From positions 586,447 to 650,446 of the forward strand of contig NW_018406089.1 in the NCBI RefSeq assembly GCF_002113885.1: a DNA stretch of 64,000 nucleotides, given 5' to 3'. Below the pieces are notes generated by a model, which did not search any database, was not told the origin of the DNA, and worked only from the letters and a program-made list of their open reading frames with translations. Of this stretch, positions 51,118 through 63,118 are shown piece after piece; position 1 is the stretch's first letter, and each line of letters opens with the position of its first letter. Position numbers and translations under genes: made by a program. This DNA is from Mizuhopecten yessoensis (Eukaryota).

Positions 51118-52936
51118 GAATATAGGTCAGCGGTCATCTGGGGCTCATCAAGGGGACATGCTATGGCAAATTCTGATATTGTGATATAAAGCATTTGACT
51201 ACAAAAATCTACATTTATGTTTACGCACATGTTTTACCAGGCGCGTTATTGTGAGAAAATATAAGTGCCATAACGGCATTACTGCTGACATGATGAATGT
51301 CATAGTTCTGATGAATTAAAAAAAAATAAGGTGTTATTAAAATGTTGTTAATATAATTATAATATTTTCCCTGTTTGTTTTTTTATAGTTATTAAGATGA
51401 AAGTTTTGTTGTTCATAAAATAACAATACAAAAATGTTATATTAATATTTGTTTTAGTTTGTACTAATTAATTGTTAAGTTTTATCGTCATCGGTATACA
51501 AAATATATTGGGTTTTTTATTATTAAGACAATTATAAAACATCATTCAAACATCATTTTGATTGGGATTTAATATATATTAAAACTCATGTGATAAGTTA
51601 ACTACAGTAGATAATATAAGTGTCTTCATCAAGCACTCGGGTCCGGTGTTCACGTACATGAAGTTTGATATTATAAAGATGATTTGTATACTGATCTTAT
51701 TATTGAAACACCAACATTACTGTTTCATTTAACGTAACTTATAAGTCAATAAAATCTAGTAACTAACTTGTAAGCAATCAACTAACTTATAAGTAAGTAA
51801 ATAAATACTGACTACAGCAAAACTAAAACCATGTATCGTGTAATGTCTTGTCTACAATTTATGTTGTTTTACAGTATTTTCCCGTCATATATTATAGTTT
51901 GGAGATTCTTTTGTCATTTCCTGACCGTTGGTTTCTTATCTATACTTTTTTATGTTAATACAGTGTATGATTATACCCTGATAGTACTTATTAGTTCTAA
52001 TAACACTGTAACAGTAGTATGAATCTTTATCTTTAATTACTACACAGAAAACACTACTATTGTGTAATATAACATATTATCAAGTTAAAAAAGCGTCATT
52101 GTAACATTTGTAAGTAAATTGTTAGTTAATGTAGAGTATCAGATGTAGTAGATATAAAACCAGAGGTCAAGACATTACAAATAAATGTTTAAAATATAAC
52201 AACAGTGCGATACCTAAACCTACGGTATATGTATAAGCAGGGGATTAGATTGCTATCTTAGTCCGTGATATAAGTAAACAAATGATACATCGTATTAATT
52301 TTAGTCAAGCTGGATTAATATATACTATTGCAGTATAACAAATGACGTACTAATCTGTTTCTTAGGATTAATAAATAACCATAATTATAATATGTCATGT
52401 TGAATTGGGAATTGAAAATATACCGACAATGCTAAATAGTTGGGCATCTTTATTGCAAAAAAATGAAAAACCGGAGTCGAGTGTTAAACTACATGTATTT
52501 GATATGGTATCTTATCAACTGGAATTTTAAAGTCCCATTTCAAAATGATGTTAAAATGTTAAAAATAGTAGATATACCGATGACGATATTACCTGTGAAT
52601 TAACAAGTACTAACGTGACAATTACATCAACATCACTATAGTTACATAGTTATTACATGTGTAGCCGATACATATGTTTTGATATTATATGATGTGATAA
52701 CATGAAATCACACATTTTTATCGGATTGATTTTGCTAATTAATTCATCGGAACTATATTATACATCATGTAAACAGTAACGAAGTTAACACTGTGATTTT
52801 CTCACAGTAACCCTGGAATAACTTATACATAGACATAAATGTAGATTTTAGTAGTCAAATGATTTATATCACTTTATCAGAATTTTCCATAGCATGTCCC
52901 CTTGATGAGCCCCATATTAGCGCTGACCTAAATTCA

Positions 52937-53022
52937 TTCGGGATGTTTCTAGATTGATCCAATCACCAGAAAGTTCTAGATTTTCTAGATAATTCAGGAA
53001 ATTATCGAAAAGTTGTATATAA
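52937..53022 (+). promoter_or_regulatory. HSP70 copy B promoter: heat shock elements and TATA box (53016-53022)
   Basis: TTCGGGATGTTTCTAGA and AGAAAGTTCTAGATTTTCTAGATAATTCAGGAA, then TATATAA; mirror image of the copy A promoter. Confidence 0.85.
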
Positions 53023-53204
53023 CCATGGCGCACACAAGTTGTGGTCAGAATCCGAAAAGTTGTCAGACAATCCTACGTGGAAGTAACAGAAGGGACGTAT
53101 CTGTATACACCTGTGTACATATATCCAGCACAAAGCGGGCGGACTAGTATAAACGAACTAGTGCTATATCTACTTTCGCTTTGACAGTTTCACAATCATA
53201 AGAC

Positions 53205-55145
53205 ATGTCAAGCTCACGTAAAGCTCCAGCTATTGGTATAGACCTTGGTACGACGTATTCCTGTGTCGGAGTTTTCCAACATGGGAAGGTGGAGATTATT
53301 GCCAACGACCAGGGAAACAGGACCACGCCTAGTTATGTGGCCTTCACAGACTCAGAGAGATTAATCGGGGACGCTGCCAAGGGTCAAGTGGCAATGAACC
53401 CACAGAATACCATTTTCGATGCAAAACGGTTGATCGGACGGAAATACGATGACCCTCATGTCCAGTCGGACGTGAAGCATTGGCCGTTTAGGGTCGTCAA
53501 CAACACAGGTAAACCAAAGATTCAGGTAGACTGTAATGGAACCACAAAACAGTTCACACCAGAGGAAATCAGTTCCATGGTTCTTACTAAAATGAAGGAG
53601 ACGGCTGAGGCTTTCTTGGGTCAAAAGGTCAAGGATGCTGTGATCACAGTGCCAGCCTATTTCAATGACTCCCAAAGACAGGCAACAAAGGATGCTGGGA
53701 TGATCGCCGGACTTAACGTCCTCAGAATCGTCAATGAACCGACGGCTGCTGCGCTGGCTTATGGACTGGAAAAGAACTTGAAAGGAGAGAAAAACGTTCT
53801 AATCTTTGATCTTGGTGGAGGAACATTTGATGTGTCCATTCTGACTATCGACGAGGGTTCAATATTCGAGGTGAGAGCTACAGCTGGTGATACACACTTA
53901 GGTGGGGAAGATTTCGACAACAGAATAGTCAATCATTTTGTACAGGAGTTCAAACGGAAATATGGTAAAGACTTGAGTAAGAACAGCAGGGCTTTGAGAA
54001 GACTTCGCACCGCATGTGAACGTGCAAAACGAACCCTTTCGAGCAGCAGTGAAGCAAGCCTTGAAATTGATTCCCTGTTTGAGGGCATTGACTTTTACAG
54101 TAAGCTCACGAGAGCCAGATTTGAGGACTTGTGTGCCGACCTATTCCGTTCAACATTAGAGCCCGTGGAAAAGGCACTTCGTGATGCAAAGATGGACAAA
54201 TCGAAAATCCACGAAATCGTGCTGGTTGGCGGATCTACACGTATACCAAAGGTACAAAAGATGCTCGAAGATTTCATGAACGGAAGACCGCTGAACAAGT
54301 CCATCAACCCTGATGAAGCTGTAGCGTACGGTGCCGCAGTTCAGGCCGCCGTGCTTACAGGCGACAGTAGTGACGTCATCAAGGATGTTCTTCTCGTGGA
54401 CGTGGCTCCCTTATCTCTCGGAATAGAAACGGCCGGAGGTGTGATGACCAAACTGATCGAAAGGAATACTAGAATCCCCACAAAAACATCACAGACATTT
54501 ACTACGTATTCTGATAACCAGCCTGGTGTCGGTATCCAAGTATTCGAGGGAGAACGAGTTATGACAAAGGACAACAACCAACTGGGACGCTTCGAACTCA
54601 ACGGCATCCCTCCTGCACCTCGGGGTGTTCCACAGATCGAAGTGCAATTTGACATTGATGCTAATGGAATTCTCAACGTTTCGGCGGAGGACAAGAGTAC
54701 GGGGAAATCCAACAAAATCACAATTACAAACGATAAGGGACGTCTGAGTAAAGAGGACATTGATAAAATGGTGTCCGACGCGGAAAAATACAAAGACGAG
54801 GATGAGAAACAAAGAAAAAGAGTTTCTGCCAGGAACCAGCTTGAAAACTACATTTTCAGTGTCAAACAGGCGATAGAAAATTCTGGTGACAAACTCTCGA
54901 CGGAGGACAAATCAACTGTGTGTCAGGGATGTGAGGACAACCTGAAGTGGCTGGACAGTAACACCACGGCCGATGTGGAGGAATACGAATATAAACTACA
55001 GGAATTCCAAAAACTGTGTTCACCTATAATGACCAAACTCCACGGGGGTTCCCCACAGGGTAATACTAGTGGGGCCTCCAACGGGAACTGTGGCCAGGAG
55101 ACACAAGGAGGGTCAGGTACAGGTCCAACAGTTGAGGAAGTGTAG
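53205..55145 (+). CDS. HSP70: Inducible cytosolic heat shock protein 70 (intronless), copy B, 646 aa
   Basis: Full ORF nearly identical to copy A; ends GPTVEEV followed by TAG TGA. Confidence 0.98.
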   Translation: MSSSRKAPAIGIDLGTTYSCVGVFQHGKVEIIANDQGNRTTPSYVAFTDSERLIGDAAKGQVAMNPQNTIFDAKRLIGRKYDDPHVQSDVKHWPFRVVNNTGKPKIQVDCNGTTKQFTPEEISSMVLTKMKETAEAFLGQKVKDAVITVPAYFNDSQRQATKDAGMIAGLNVLRIVNEPTAAALAYGLEKNLKGEKNVLIFDLGGGTFDVSILTIDEGSIFEVRATAGDTHLGGEDFDNRIVNHFVQEFKRKYGKDLSKNSRALRRLRTACERAKRTLSSSSEASLEIDSLFEGIDFYSKLTRARFEDLCADLFRSTLEPVEKALRDAKMDKSKIHEIVLVGGSTRIPKVQKMLEDFMNGRPLNKSINPDEAVAYGAAVQAAVLTGDSSDVIKDVLLVDVAPLSLGIETAGGVMTKLIERNTRIPTKTSQTFTTYSDNQPGVGIQVFEGERVMTKDNNQLGRFELNGIPPAPRGVPQIEVQFDIDANGILNVSAEDKSTGKSNKITITNDKGRLSKEDIDKMVSDAEKYKDEDEKQRKRVSARNQLENYIFSVKQAIENSGDKLSTEDKSTVCQGCEDNLKWLDSNTTADVEEYEYKLQEFQKLCSPIMTKLHGGSPQGNTSGASNGNCGQETQGGSGTGPTVEEV

Positions 55146-56249
55146 TGAGAGATCGATAGTTGCTAGTGTTTTAAAACGTATTTGTAAAAGTGACAGTATT
55201 CGTATTGTTAAGTTTAACAGCATTATGCAATTTAGCAAAGCATTTGCTACTTAATATCATCTTGTATATATAGATTAGTGTCGCCTTAATGTTGCGCACA
55301 CGTATTTTTTTTATAAATTATTATATTTACTGTTTTATTTAACCATATTAGTTTATTTACACTGATGAAACATCATGGCTGGTAACTTGACATGTAGTAC
55401 GTAGTGAAGCCACATGTATGTTGATTTTGTGTGTGTGGAGAATTGTTATATTTTATTGAGTTTAATGTATTCGTTGTTGTTGCTTCATATTGTTAAATTA
55501 TTAAAAAATCAATGCGTTGTTATTTTGGCCTGTTGTGTGAAACGCAGAAAGAAACCAATATATGATTAAGCTACATCAGTGATGTAAAGTCGGAAAGCTA
55601 CGGTCATTTGCGACTTTGTTACTTCAAAGAACAGACCTTAGCACTATAATTAACTTATTTTCAGTGTAATTAAGTGATATCACCAATCCGTTAAAATAAT
55701 ATAGTTTAAAATGGAATTTAAAGTCAAGCGGCGTCCCATACACCCTGTTATCTTGCCTAGGATGGTAGATGGTAATTTCCAATATAAATATAACTTCATT
55801 TTTTGATTCATTACATTATATCATGAGTCATTGGAGCATAGGCAACAAGGCATAGACTGATCGGTTTATCGTCTACACTCACTGACGAAGTCGGTGTCCG
55901 GTCGACGTGAGGGGGTAAGTTGTCGCTTACCAGGCCCTCGGAGATTCGAAATGTCCTAGGTCCATCCAGGTCTCGCTCCAAGGTCGGACAGCTCCTGAGA
56001 TGCGGACAGTGTGTCGCAGCGGCAGCGTTCCACGGAACGACGTCCTTCGTGTAGTCCGCGCTGCCCTCACATGAGAGGACTAACCCCCATCCCTGAGGAC
56101 TAACCCCCATCCCTATATGCTTATATAGTGTCATTATGGTCCGTTGTCCTTTCCCACCATTACTATCTTATTCTATGTTTACTTTCAGCCAATCTCAACC
56201 GCAAATCTCAGTCAGAGACGTATTATATGTAATATTAGTATGTAATATT

Positions 56250-58135
56250 AGTTTAAGTTTAAACATGTTTTATTGCAACACAATTACAAAAGGATTAGGC
56301 ACAAGTTATTGCAACTTATAAACGCCCTTCCATAATATTTTACAAACTATAAATATAATGCAATTTCTAATAATTCTTAAATTAATTTTCACAAAAAGCA
56401 TATTTGAGAGAGAGAGTTTTAAAACTAAATTAAGTTAACAAACTTGTAACAATGTTATATAACAAACTTATAACACAAACCCAGTTGGCCTATAAACACA
56501 TTCATTACTCACTACAAATTGTTCATCTCAATCTTTAAACACTTTCCTCTTTCGCAACCACGCAGATCCTCTTCTTTTTCGTAGTCTTTCGTCTTAGTAA
56601 TACCAGCTGGGCCAACAATGTTATCTTGGCGGTTGAATAAGTAATTTCATTCATATATAGCACACTATTACAGGTACATCGGATAATGAAATTGAAACAT
56701 TTGAATTAATAGCATCGAGCAATTTTTTTTTTAAATCTGTTGCTAGATTTCATGAAATTTTGAACATATAAACAAACTTCCGAATTTGTGTCGAGCCACT
56801 AGTCTTCGTTACCAAATAAAAGCAAATCTAAATCGCATGGTGCCTCTAAATTTAAATCGTTTGCTCTTAATTCAAATCGTTTACCTGCTGAAAAAGTGTG
56901 TTTCTTTCATTACTATAACGGCGACATTGACAGAAAAAGAGATTAAACATTTTCACAAATATGTCCACAAGTACAGCTAGGGGTTCCCACAAGGTTCACT
57001 AGGAATAAGTCATGACTTAGAGAACTGTACCTGTGTCTAAGTTTCGTGTGAATACTTTTTAATCTAAGGTCCCCATAACCAAAGTAAGAAGGAGGAAAAA
57101 ATTGATCGTCGGGTTTCAGTGATTTTTTTAAAAGATATTCAATGAAGCTGATGACCTTATCGAGGGTATTTCAACAGCGAAGCGTTGTCGGTAAAGAAGT
57201 TTTTTTTCATTTCAAATCAATTGTATTGCATTTAAGATACAATTGGATTAGGCACAGGCATTGCCTATTAAAGCCCTTTACAAAAGAAAATACACACATT
57301 TCGTACATCCTTATATATATAGAGAGAGAGTATGTTCAAATTAATAGGAGAATATTAGAACCATTTAATACATGTTCACAGAAAATAATAATTCATATAA
57401 TTATTAATAATAGAATATCATAGATTTAACCTTTCAAAAGAATTTTGTTGTTGATAATCAGAAATACTGGATTATATAATCATTTCTGTTTTTCAAAGGA
57501 TAGTGAACTATAGATATTGTACAGTGGAGGAAAGCAGGGAAGAAAAATAGTCTGGTGTTTGATTAGTATGCATTTTAAACAAGAGTTGAAAGTTTCTTCT
57601 TTTTCTTCTAGCAGACAATGTTACTAAATCTGTTTCATAATTTAAAGAACATACACTAGCATATGATGGGAGACTTGCTATATTCGAGCGGCTTCACGTT
57701 GGGCTTTTTCTGAATCGAAACTAGAGCATTTTAAAATAGGTAAAATAAAGGCTCGGTAAATTCTTATATGGCATCTCGTTTAAATAGAAATTTTAATTTT
57801 CTTCAGATATTTTTTTCTCTCCATAACTGAGGAATACATTGCTTCGTCATGATCCCTCCCATTTGACACTCGGGCTGAAAGTAACACCTAAATGCTTATG
57901 TCTATCTGTAAAGTCTAAAACGTTTCCGTCAAATTCCAATTCTAAAAATTCATCTATGTCATTTCTATTGGAGATAAAAAGTACGTCAGTTTTGTCCGGA
58001 TTAAACATTACCAGCTAAGTTTTAACCCACGAGTTTAAAGATTCAAGGTCCTTATTTACATGTAGGATAATTTGAATTTCAAGACCGGAAGAAGTGAAGT
58101 GTCATCTGCGTAAAGACGAGATGCCGAGTCAAAGA
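56250..58135 (-). mobile_element. Decayed, 5'-truncated CR1-group LINE
   Basis: Manual minus-strand translation gives SRLYADDTSL (~58095-58120), NKDLESLNSWVKT*LVMFNPDKT, HKHLGVTFS, EKAQREAARI, LNYETDLVTLSARRKRR and IHTKLRHRYSSLSHDLFLVNLVGTPSCTCG. A 3' tail with AATAAAACATGTTTAAACTTAAAC lies at ~56250-56275. Not visible in the ORF track. Confidence 0.8.
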
Positions 58136-59524
58136 GATATATATACGTCTCTAGCTCAGCAAACATTAAAAACACACTAGAAATCGTATCTCTTGTAATG
58201 GACATTCAAACGTGTATGTGTACCACGGACTTATCTAATTCCGTATGTGTACACAGCATTAGCATCCATAGGTGTGAAATGTATTGTAAAATTTAAAACC
58301 GCTACATGCACAGCAGATGGGTTTATCTTAGGCTAGCTTTCCTTATGGGTAATTTAAATCATACATGAAACCAACAGTTATACTTCTGGTACACATTCAT
58401 ATAAATAACACAAATGATAATAAAAATAAATTGGATGTATACGTTTTATTTGTAATTGAAACTGGTAGGCTTCAGTCTGTCCGTTGCTACTCACGAGTAT
58501 TTAACAAGGGAGACTACTCGTGTGGACTTACGTTTCCGTCCAGTGAAAAAAAATATAATTGTAGGTAACCACGTCAAGAATTTTATGAGGATATATAATA
58601 CAATTTACCAAAACAAGTTGAAAGTTCTGCAATGAATGTTTTTTTTTTACTCATTTTATTTAAATACCAACATTACAAGTCTCGTGTTCTACGCTTTGTA
58701 GATCCACGGAAATCTAAGTCCGTGGTAGATCTTCGAGATTCAAATAATGTATTTTTAAGTTTCAAAATTCTCGTCATTTTGAAGGCTTCATTTCCTCATT
58801 TGGGAATGAACGTTTTCGTCAATGATATCACAGAATCTAATTCTGTGCTGATATGCTTTCTAAACCACTTTTAATATCAACTTAAAAAATACCACTTTCC
58901 ATGTCAAAATACTCGGAGCACGTGTCAACAATTAAATATTCAATTACCAAGCACGCGCTACTCCCCCGCGCTACTAATTAGTTTTCGTTTACTTAGAATA
59001 GGCTTTAAAAACGAATATTACGTAGATCTCCGACATCAACCATTGTTGTGGTATAGAAGTATTTTACAATGTTGTTATGGTACTAAAGCTGGATAGCTGC
59101 AAATACTATCAACATTCCGAATAACGTGCTTTTCGTAATTTGTTTTCATGCCTATGTTAATCATCACTCGAACTTCCGGCTAATAGCGCACCTTGAATAA
59201 AAATAGTTCTGCATGTTTTTACTTACAGCGTCGTTTTCTTTGAAGTAAGTGTATAGTTCATTCCCGTTTGATAATGTTAAAGTATTCTTTTCAATTCGGT
59301 ATTTTTTAATATAACATATAATATCTTCTAACTCTGATGTTTAATGATAAAATTATCCTGAATGTACTACTTTCTCGTGTGTATTAGCGTAAAAATAAAT
59401 ACGCTAAAACCGCCATTGTACCGTGAGAGAACCTGTGTTATGGTTGGGAGATAGTGTTATTGAGTTCTTTTGTGATTCGATTGGATCTACATGAAAGTAT
59501 ACCAATGTATGGATTTATGGTGAA

Positions 59525-61046
59525 ATGGAGAACTTTTCTCATCAGCTTGAAAATGGTGTTACCGTGTCAAACGAGGAATTAACGTACTTGAGAGGGGTGA
59601 TCTCGAACCGGGCTTCGTCTGCCGTCGCTGACGATCTCAAAACTAAACAAAGTGTTTGTATGGATCGCAGGCAGGTTATAAACAACCAGGGCCAGTTTCA
59701 GTTGTCGGAAAACAAGACTGTCATTCGATCTGGATTTCAGAGTCAGGGCTTTCAGGGATTAGAAAATACACAAAAATTACCTAAGCCGTTCGAAATTCCA
59801 TTTGGAGGGTCAATACATAACGGCGGAATGAAAGTGAATCCTCAAAGTCAGTTACCCACTACCGTTATAGGAAACGGGGTTGTGGAAACCGAGCGGAGTA
59901 TTGTGATCGGGGGTACGTCATACCCTGCACCTTCCAAGGAACAGCTTCTCCAAAACGCAATGCAACATTTTTCTGGATCTAGCCACTATATATTGAGACA
60001 GCAGGGATCTAATTATTCCAGTCCTAGGTCAAGTATGGGTAGTGGTGGTGATTCAAAAAATTCAAGTCCAAGAACTAGTCTTATCAATCCCCCGCCCCCT
60101 CCCCCCTATGATCAACGGTTCATGGGGGGCAGTCCACGGTCAAGTCTAGCCAGTCCAAGGTCAAGTTTAAGTACAACTTCATACGAGTCCAAACCTTCAA
60201 GTCCTCGTACTAGCCTTGCAGGAATGTCTGGAGTGCTGTATGATAAATTTCCAAGTCCGAGGACTAGTTTAGCAATATCACAAGAGAGTCTACAAAATCT
60301 ACAGATGGGAATGCATCCAATGTCAATGCCGCGAAGTAATATCCAGCTTCTGAATGACAGTCGGTTTAATGAAGGGGCTCCCCCTGCTTTTATCTATACT
60401 GATCTTCGCCCGAGATCGTTGCCTTCACATAACAATAGTAGTATTAACATTTCACACTCTCAAACAAACAATGTCAACAGCAATAACAATGTGACTAATA
60501 CTAATCTACTTAATAATCAAATGAATCGGGTTGTGAGCTCTGATAAAAGCTCACCGTCACACTCAGTCCCTCCAGCTTTACCTGCCAGAAAGCCTATTAA
60601 CCAACAGACACAACCCAAACATATAGACTTTGAGAAAACTTTAACAGCTCTCACTCAACAGTTAGAAGAAAATATACGTGTGTCGGCCTCCAGAAAAAAC
60701 TCTTTGGATTCTCAGTCTTCAATTCCGAAGGAGCCTCCCCCGCCCTATCATGGTCCCCACAATACTGAACTGCCTGTGCTACCCCCAAGAAATCCCCGTT
60801 ATGCTAGTCCCAAACCCTCGCCCCAGCCTCAAGTTTTTAGTCAACCATCAAACCTGGGGTCCCTACCCACATCCCCGGCCCACATGGTGCGGACGCCACC
60901 CTCTGCTGCCATCAAGCCGCAGGCCCAGCTGCAGTACCAAGTACCCCAGTCACAACGGGGACTGACCGAGGCAGAGAAAAAGGTTGCAGCACTGACACAG
61001 CAGTTAGAAGATGAGATGGAGAAATCCCCGCAAGGGGAATACTTTG
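59525..61046 (+). CDS. Ajuba/WTIP/LIMD1-family LIM protein, first coding exon (pre-LIM region); gene continues beyond the window
   Basis: Long Pro/Ser-rich ORF with repeated SPR(S/T)S motifs, an NES-like AEKKVAALTQQLEDEME and EYFG immediately before a G|GTAAGT donor, where LIM1 begins in WTIP/LIMD1/Jub. The ORF-track tail KCIKNG is intronic. Confidence 0.82.
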
Positions 61047-63003
61047 GTAAGTGTATAAAAAATGGCTGATAATTTTCACCATTATACATAGTGTTCAAAC
61101 TATAAACACCTCCCTCCCATCTCATCAACTGTATCTTGTTATTAAAGCAAGGGGAAAATGTTGGCTGTTTCTATTCAAATTTTAGAAATGTACAAGACCA
61201 AATAAATTTATTGTTTTACTTATTCATTTACCTAGCTAAATAAAAATCCTCCATGCCTGAAACCTTTTATAGCAATACGTTTAAAAGTTGTGTTGACCAT
61301 TGATGTTCTATTTGGCTAAATACATTGAAGTTAAACTTTCACACTTGTCATGTGTACCATAACAAAGCCTGATTGTCTGCTGATTGATTTTCACCTCTTA
61401 TATTATTTGTTAACACCTGATCATGAGTGTAGAAAATTTGACATGTTAATTTGATTTGTGATCCGGTTCATTTTTATCACCTTAATAAATACATGATGTT
61501 TTACTGTTCATTTTTGTGATGATCAAGTTCACCAAGTACTTGAGGGATTCATCAAAATGTTGTGCATAAATGTTTCACTGATGATGACTTTTTATGTTTG
61601 CTATATATATGTACCTGTATACTATTTCTTACTAATTAATATTAACATGGTTTTATAAGGTTTTATTAAATTGTATAATTTGTGCGTTTTACAATTTTGT
61701 TCAGTCACTTTGCATGCGGGTGAAGTACAAGAAAAGGATAAGCTATGGAAGATTTTATTTTGTTTATAGTGAATTATATCAGCCCTGATAGGACTGTTGA
61801 AAATGAAAGCTTAAGGATTAGTATAACATCAGTGTTGCAAGAATGTACGGCTGGCTTTGCTATTTCATAGTTTCATCTTTTTGCCCTGAATAGAAGAGAT
61901 TTAATACTTTTTATTTTTTTTTGTTTTGACTTTCTAGGACAAAAAGATAAAAGGATGAAAATTATGGTTTGTTTATTCTTATCTTTTTGCTCTGAAAAGA
62001 CGAAGCGACAAAATGACACAAATCTGCATACTGTAGGAATGAATTGTAACAGATGCTGCCAGAATGTAAACTGTTCCAGTTGGATATGTACATGTCTGTT
62101 AAAGGTTAACCTATGCATGAAGCTATCTGTCCTAATTTTAACTGCCAACCCAAGATATTTTATTCCCAGTTAAATTCAGAAATATTGCTCTACATGTAGC
62201 TGGCACTTGGTAAAAAATTATTGAAAAAGTGAAAATACATATCTATACACAGATGCAGCTTTAAACAGATATTTTGATGGGCCTAAGATCAAAAAAATAT
62301 TGAGATTGTTTTAAACAGCAACATGTTTTCTGTTCATGAAATTATGTTTTTGTGTAAATATTGTCTTAAAAAATGTTTGAGGACAGTGACAAATAGTTTT
62401 TTGAAGGCTGTTAGTGTTTTTTTGATGTTAGTGATTGATGGTGAGAGTAATGACAGGATATGTACATGTATATATATGATCATTGCTTTAAAGTCTGATA
62501 AGAGTAACACAAAATTGTATTTGATTTTAGACTAGCATAATGTTAAATTTCACTTACCATTATACTTGTACAGATAACACCTCTAGAAGGCATTTGTCAC
62601 CTATAGATTGTAATCACCTGTTGTTTACTGTACCCGATGACCTCATATACATGTATATGTTGTACTAGAACAGTGTGGTGACCTTTTAGGGTGCTATGGT
62701 TCCTGTGCTGGCCCTTTGTGTGTCACTGAAATGACATGAGGATATATTGTAGTAAATCTGTACAACACAATCACTGAACTTGTATACCCTCAGGTCATTT
62801 ATTCGAGGTAACATGTTAAAAAATAATTACTTTGTGTCACATACTTTTAGGATTCTGTGGAATTTGGATTATGTTTGTCAGGTGAACAAATTTTCACCTT
62901 CCAATTAAAGTTTCGGGTCAATCTCTCATGCTCAAGTTGTGATATTGTTGCACATACAAGTAGCAATGAAATTTAAAGGTAAATTTATTGATGATATATA
63001 TAT

Positions 63004-63118
63004 ATTCATACATTTGATACTTAAATCTAGATTCATTCTATGAAACTTGATACCATGTCAAATCTGATTCATACATTTGATACTTAAATAGAATCATTCT
63101 ATGAAACTTACTACCTTG
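63004..63118. repeat. ~63-bp tandem duplication
   Basis: ATTCATACATTTGATACTTAAAT...TCATTCTATGAAACTT occurs twice. Confidence 0.85.

Larger units (their letters stand above)
48404..55617. repeat. Large inverted segmental duplication (arms ~48404-51330 and ~52730-55617)
   Basis: Reverse-complement identity covers promoters, 5' UTRs, CDS and ~500 bp of 3' flank, ending at GCAAATGACCGTAGCTTTCCGACTT / AAGTCGGAAAGCTACGGTCATTTGC. Confidence 0.95.

Noticed and set aside
49262-54812. Antisense ORFs over both HSP70 genes
   Set aside because: Shadow ORFs of the HSP70 coding strand, duplicated along with the genes.
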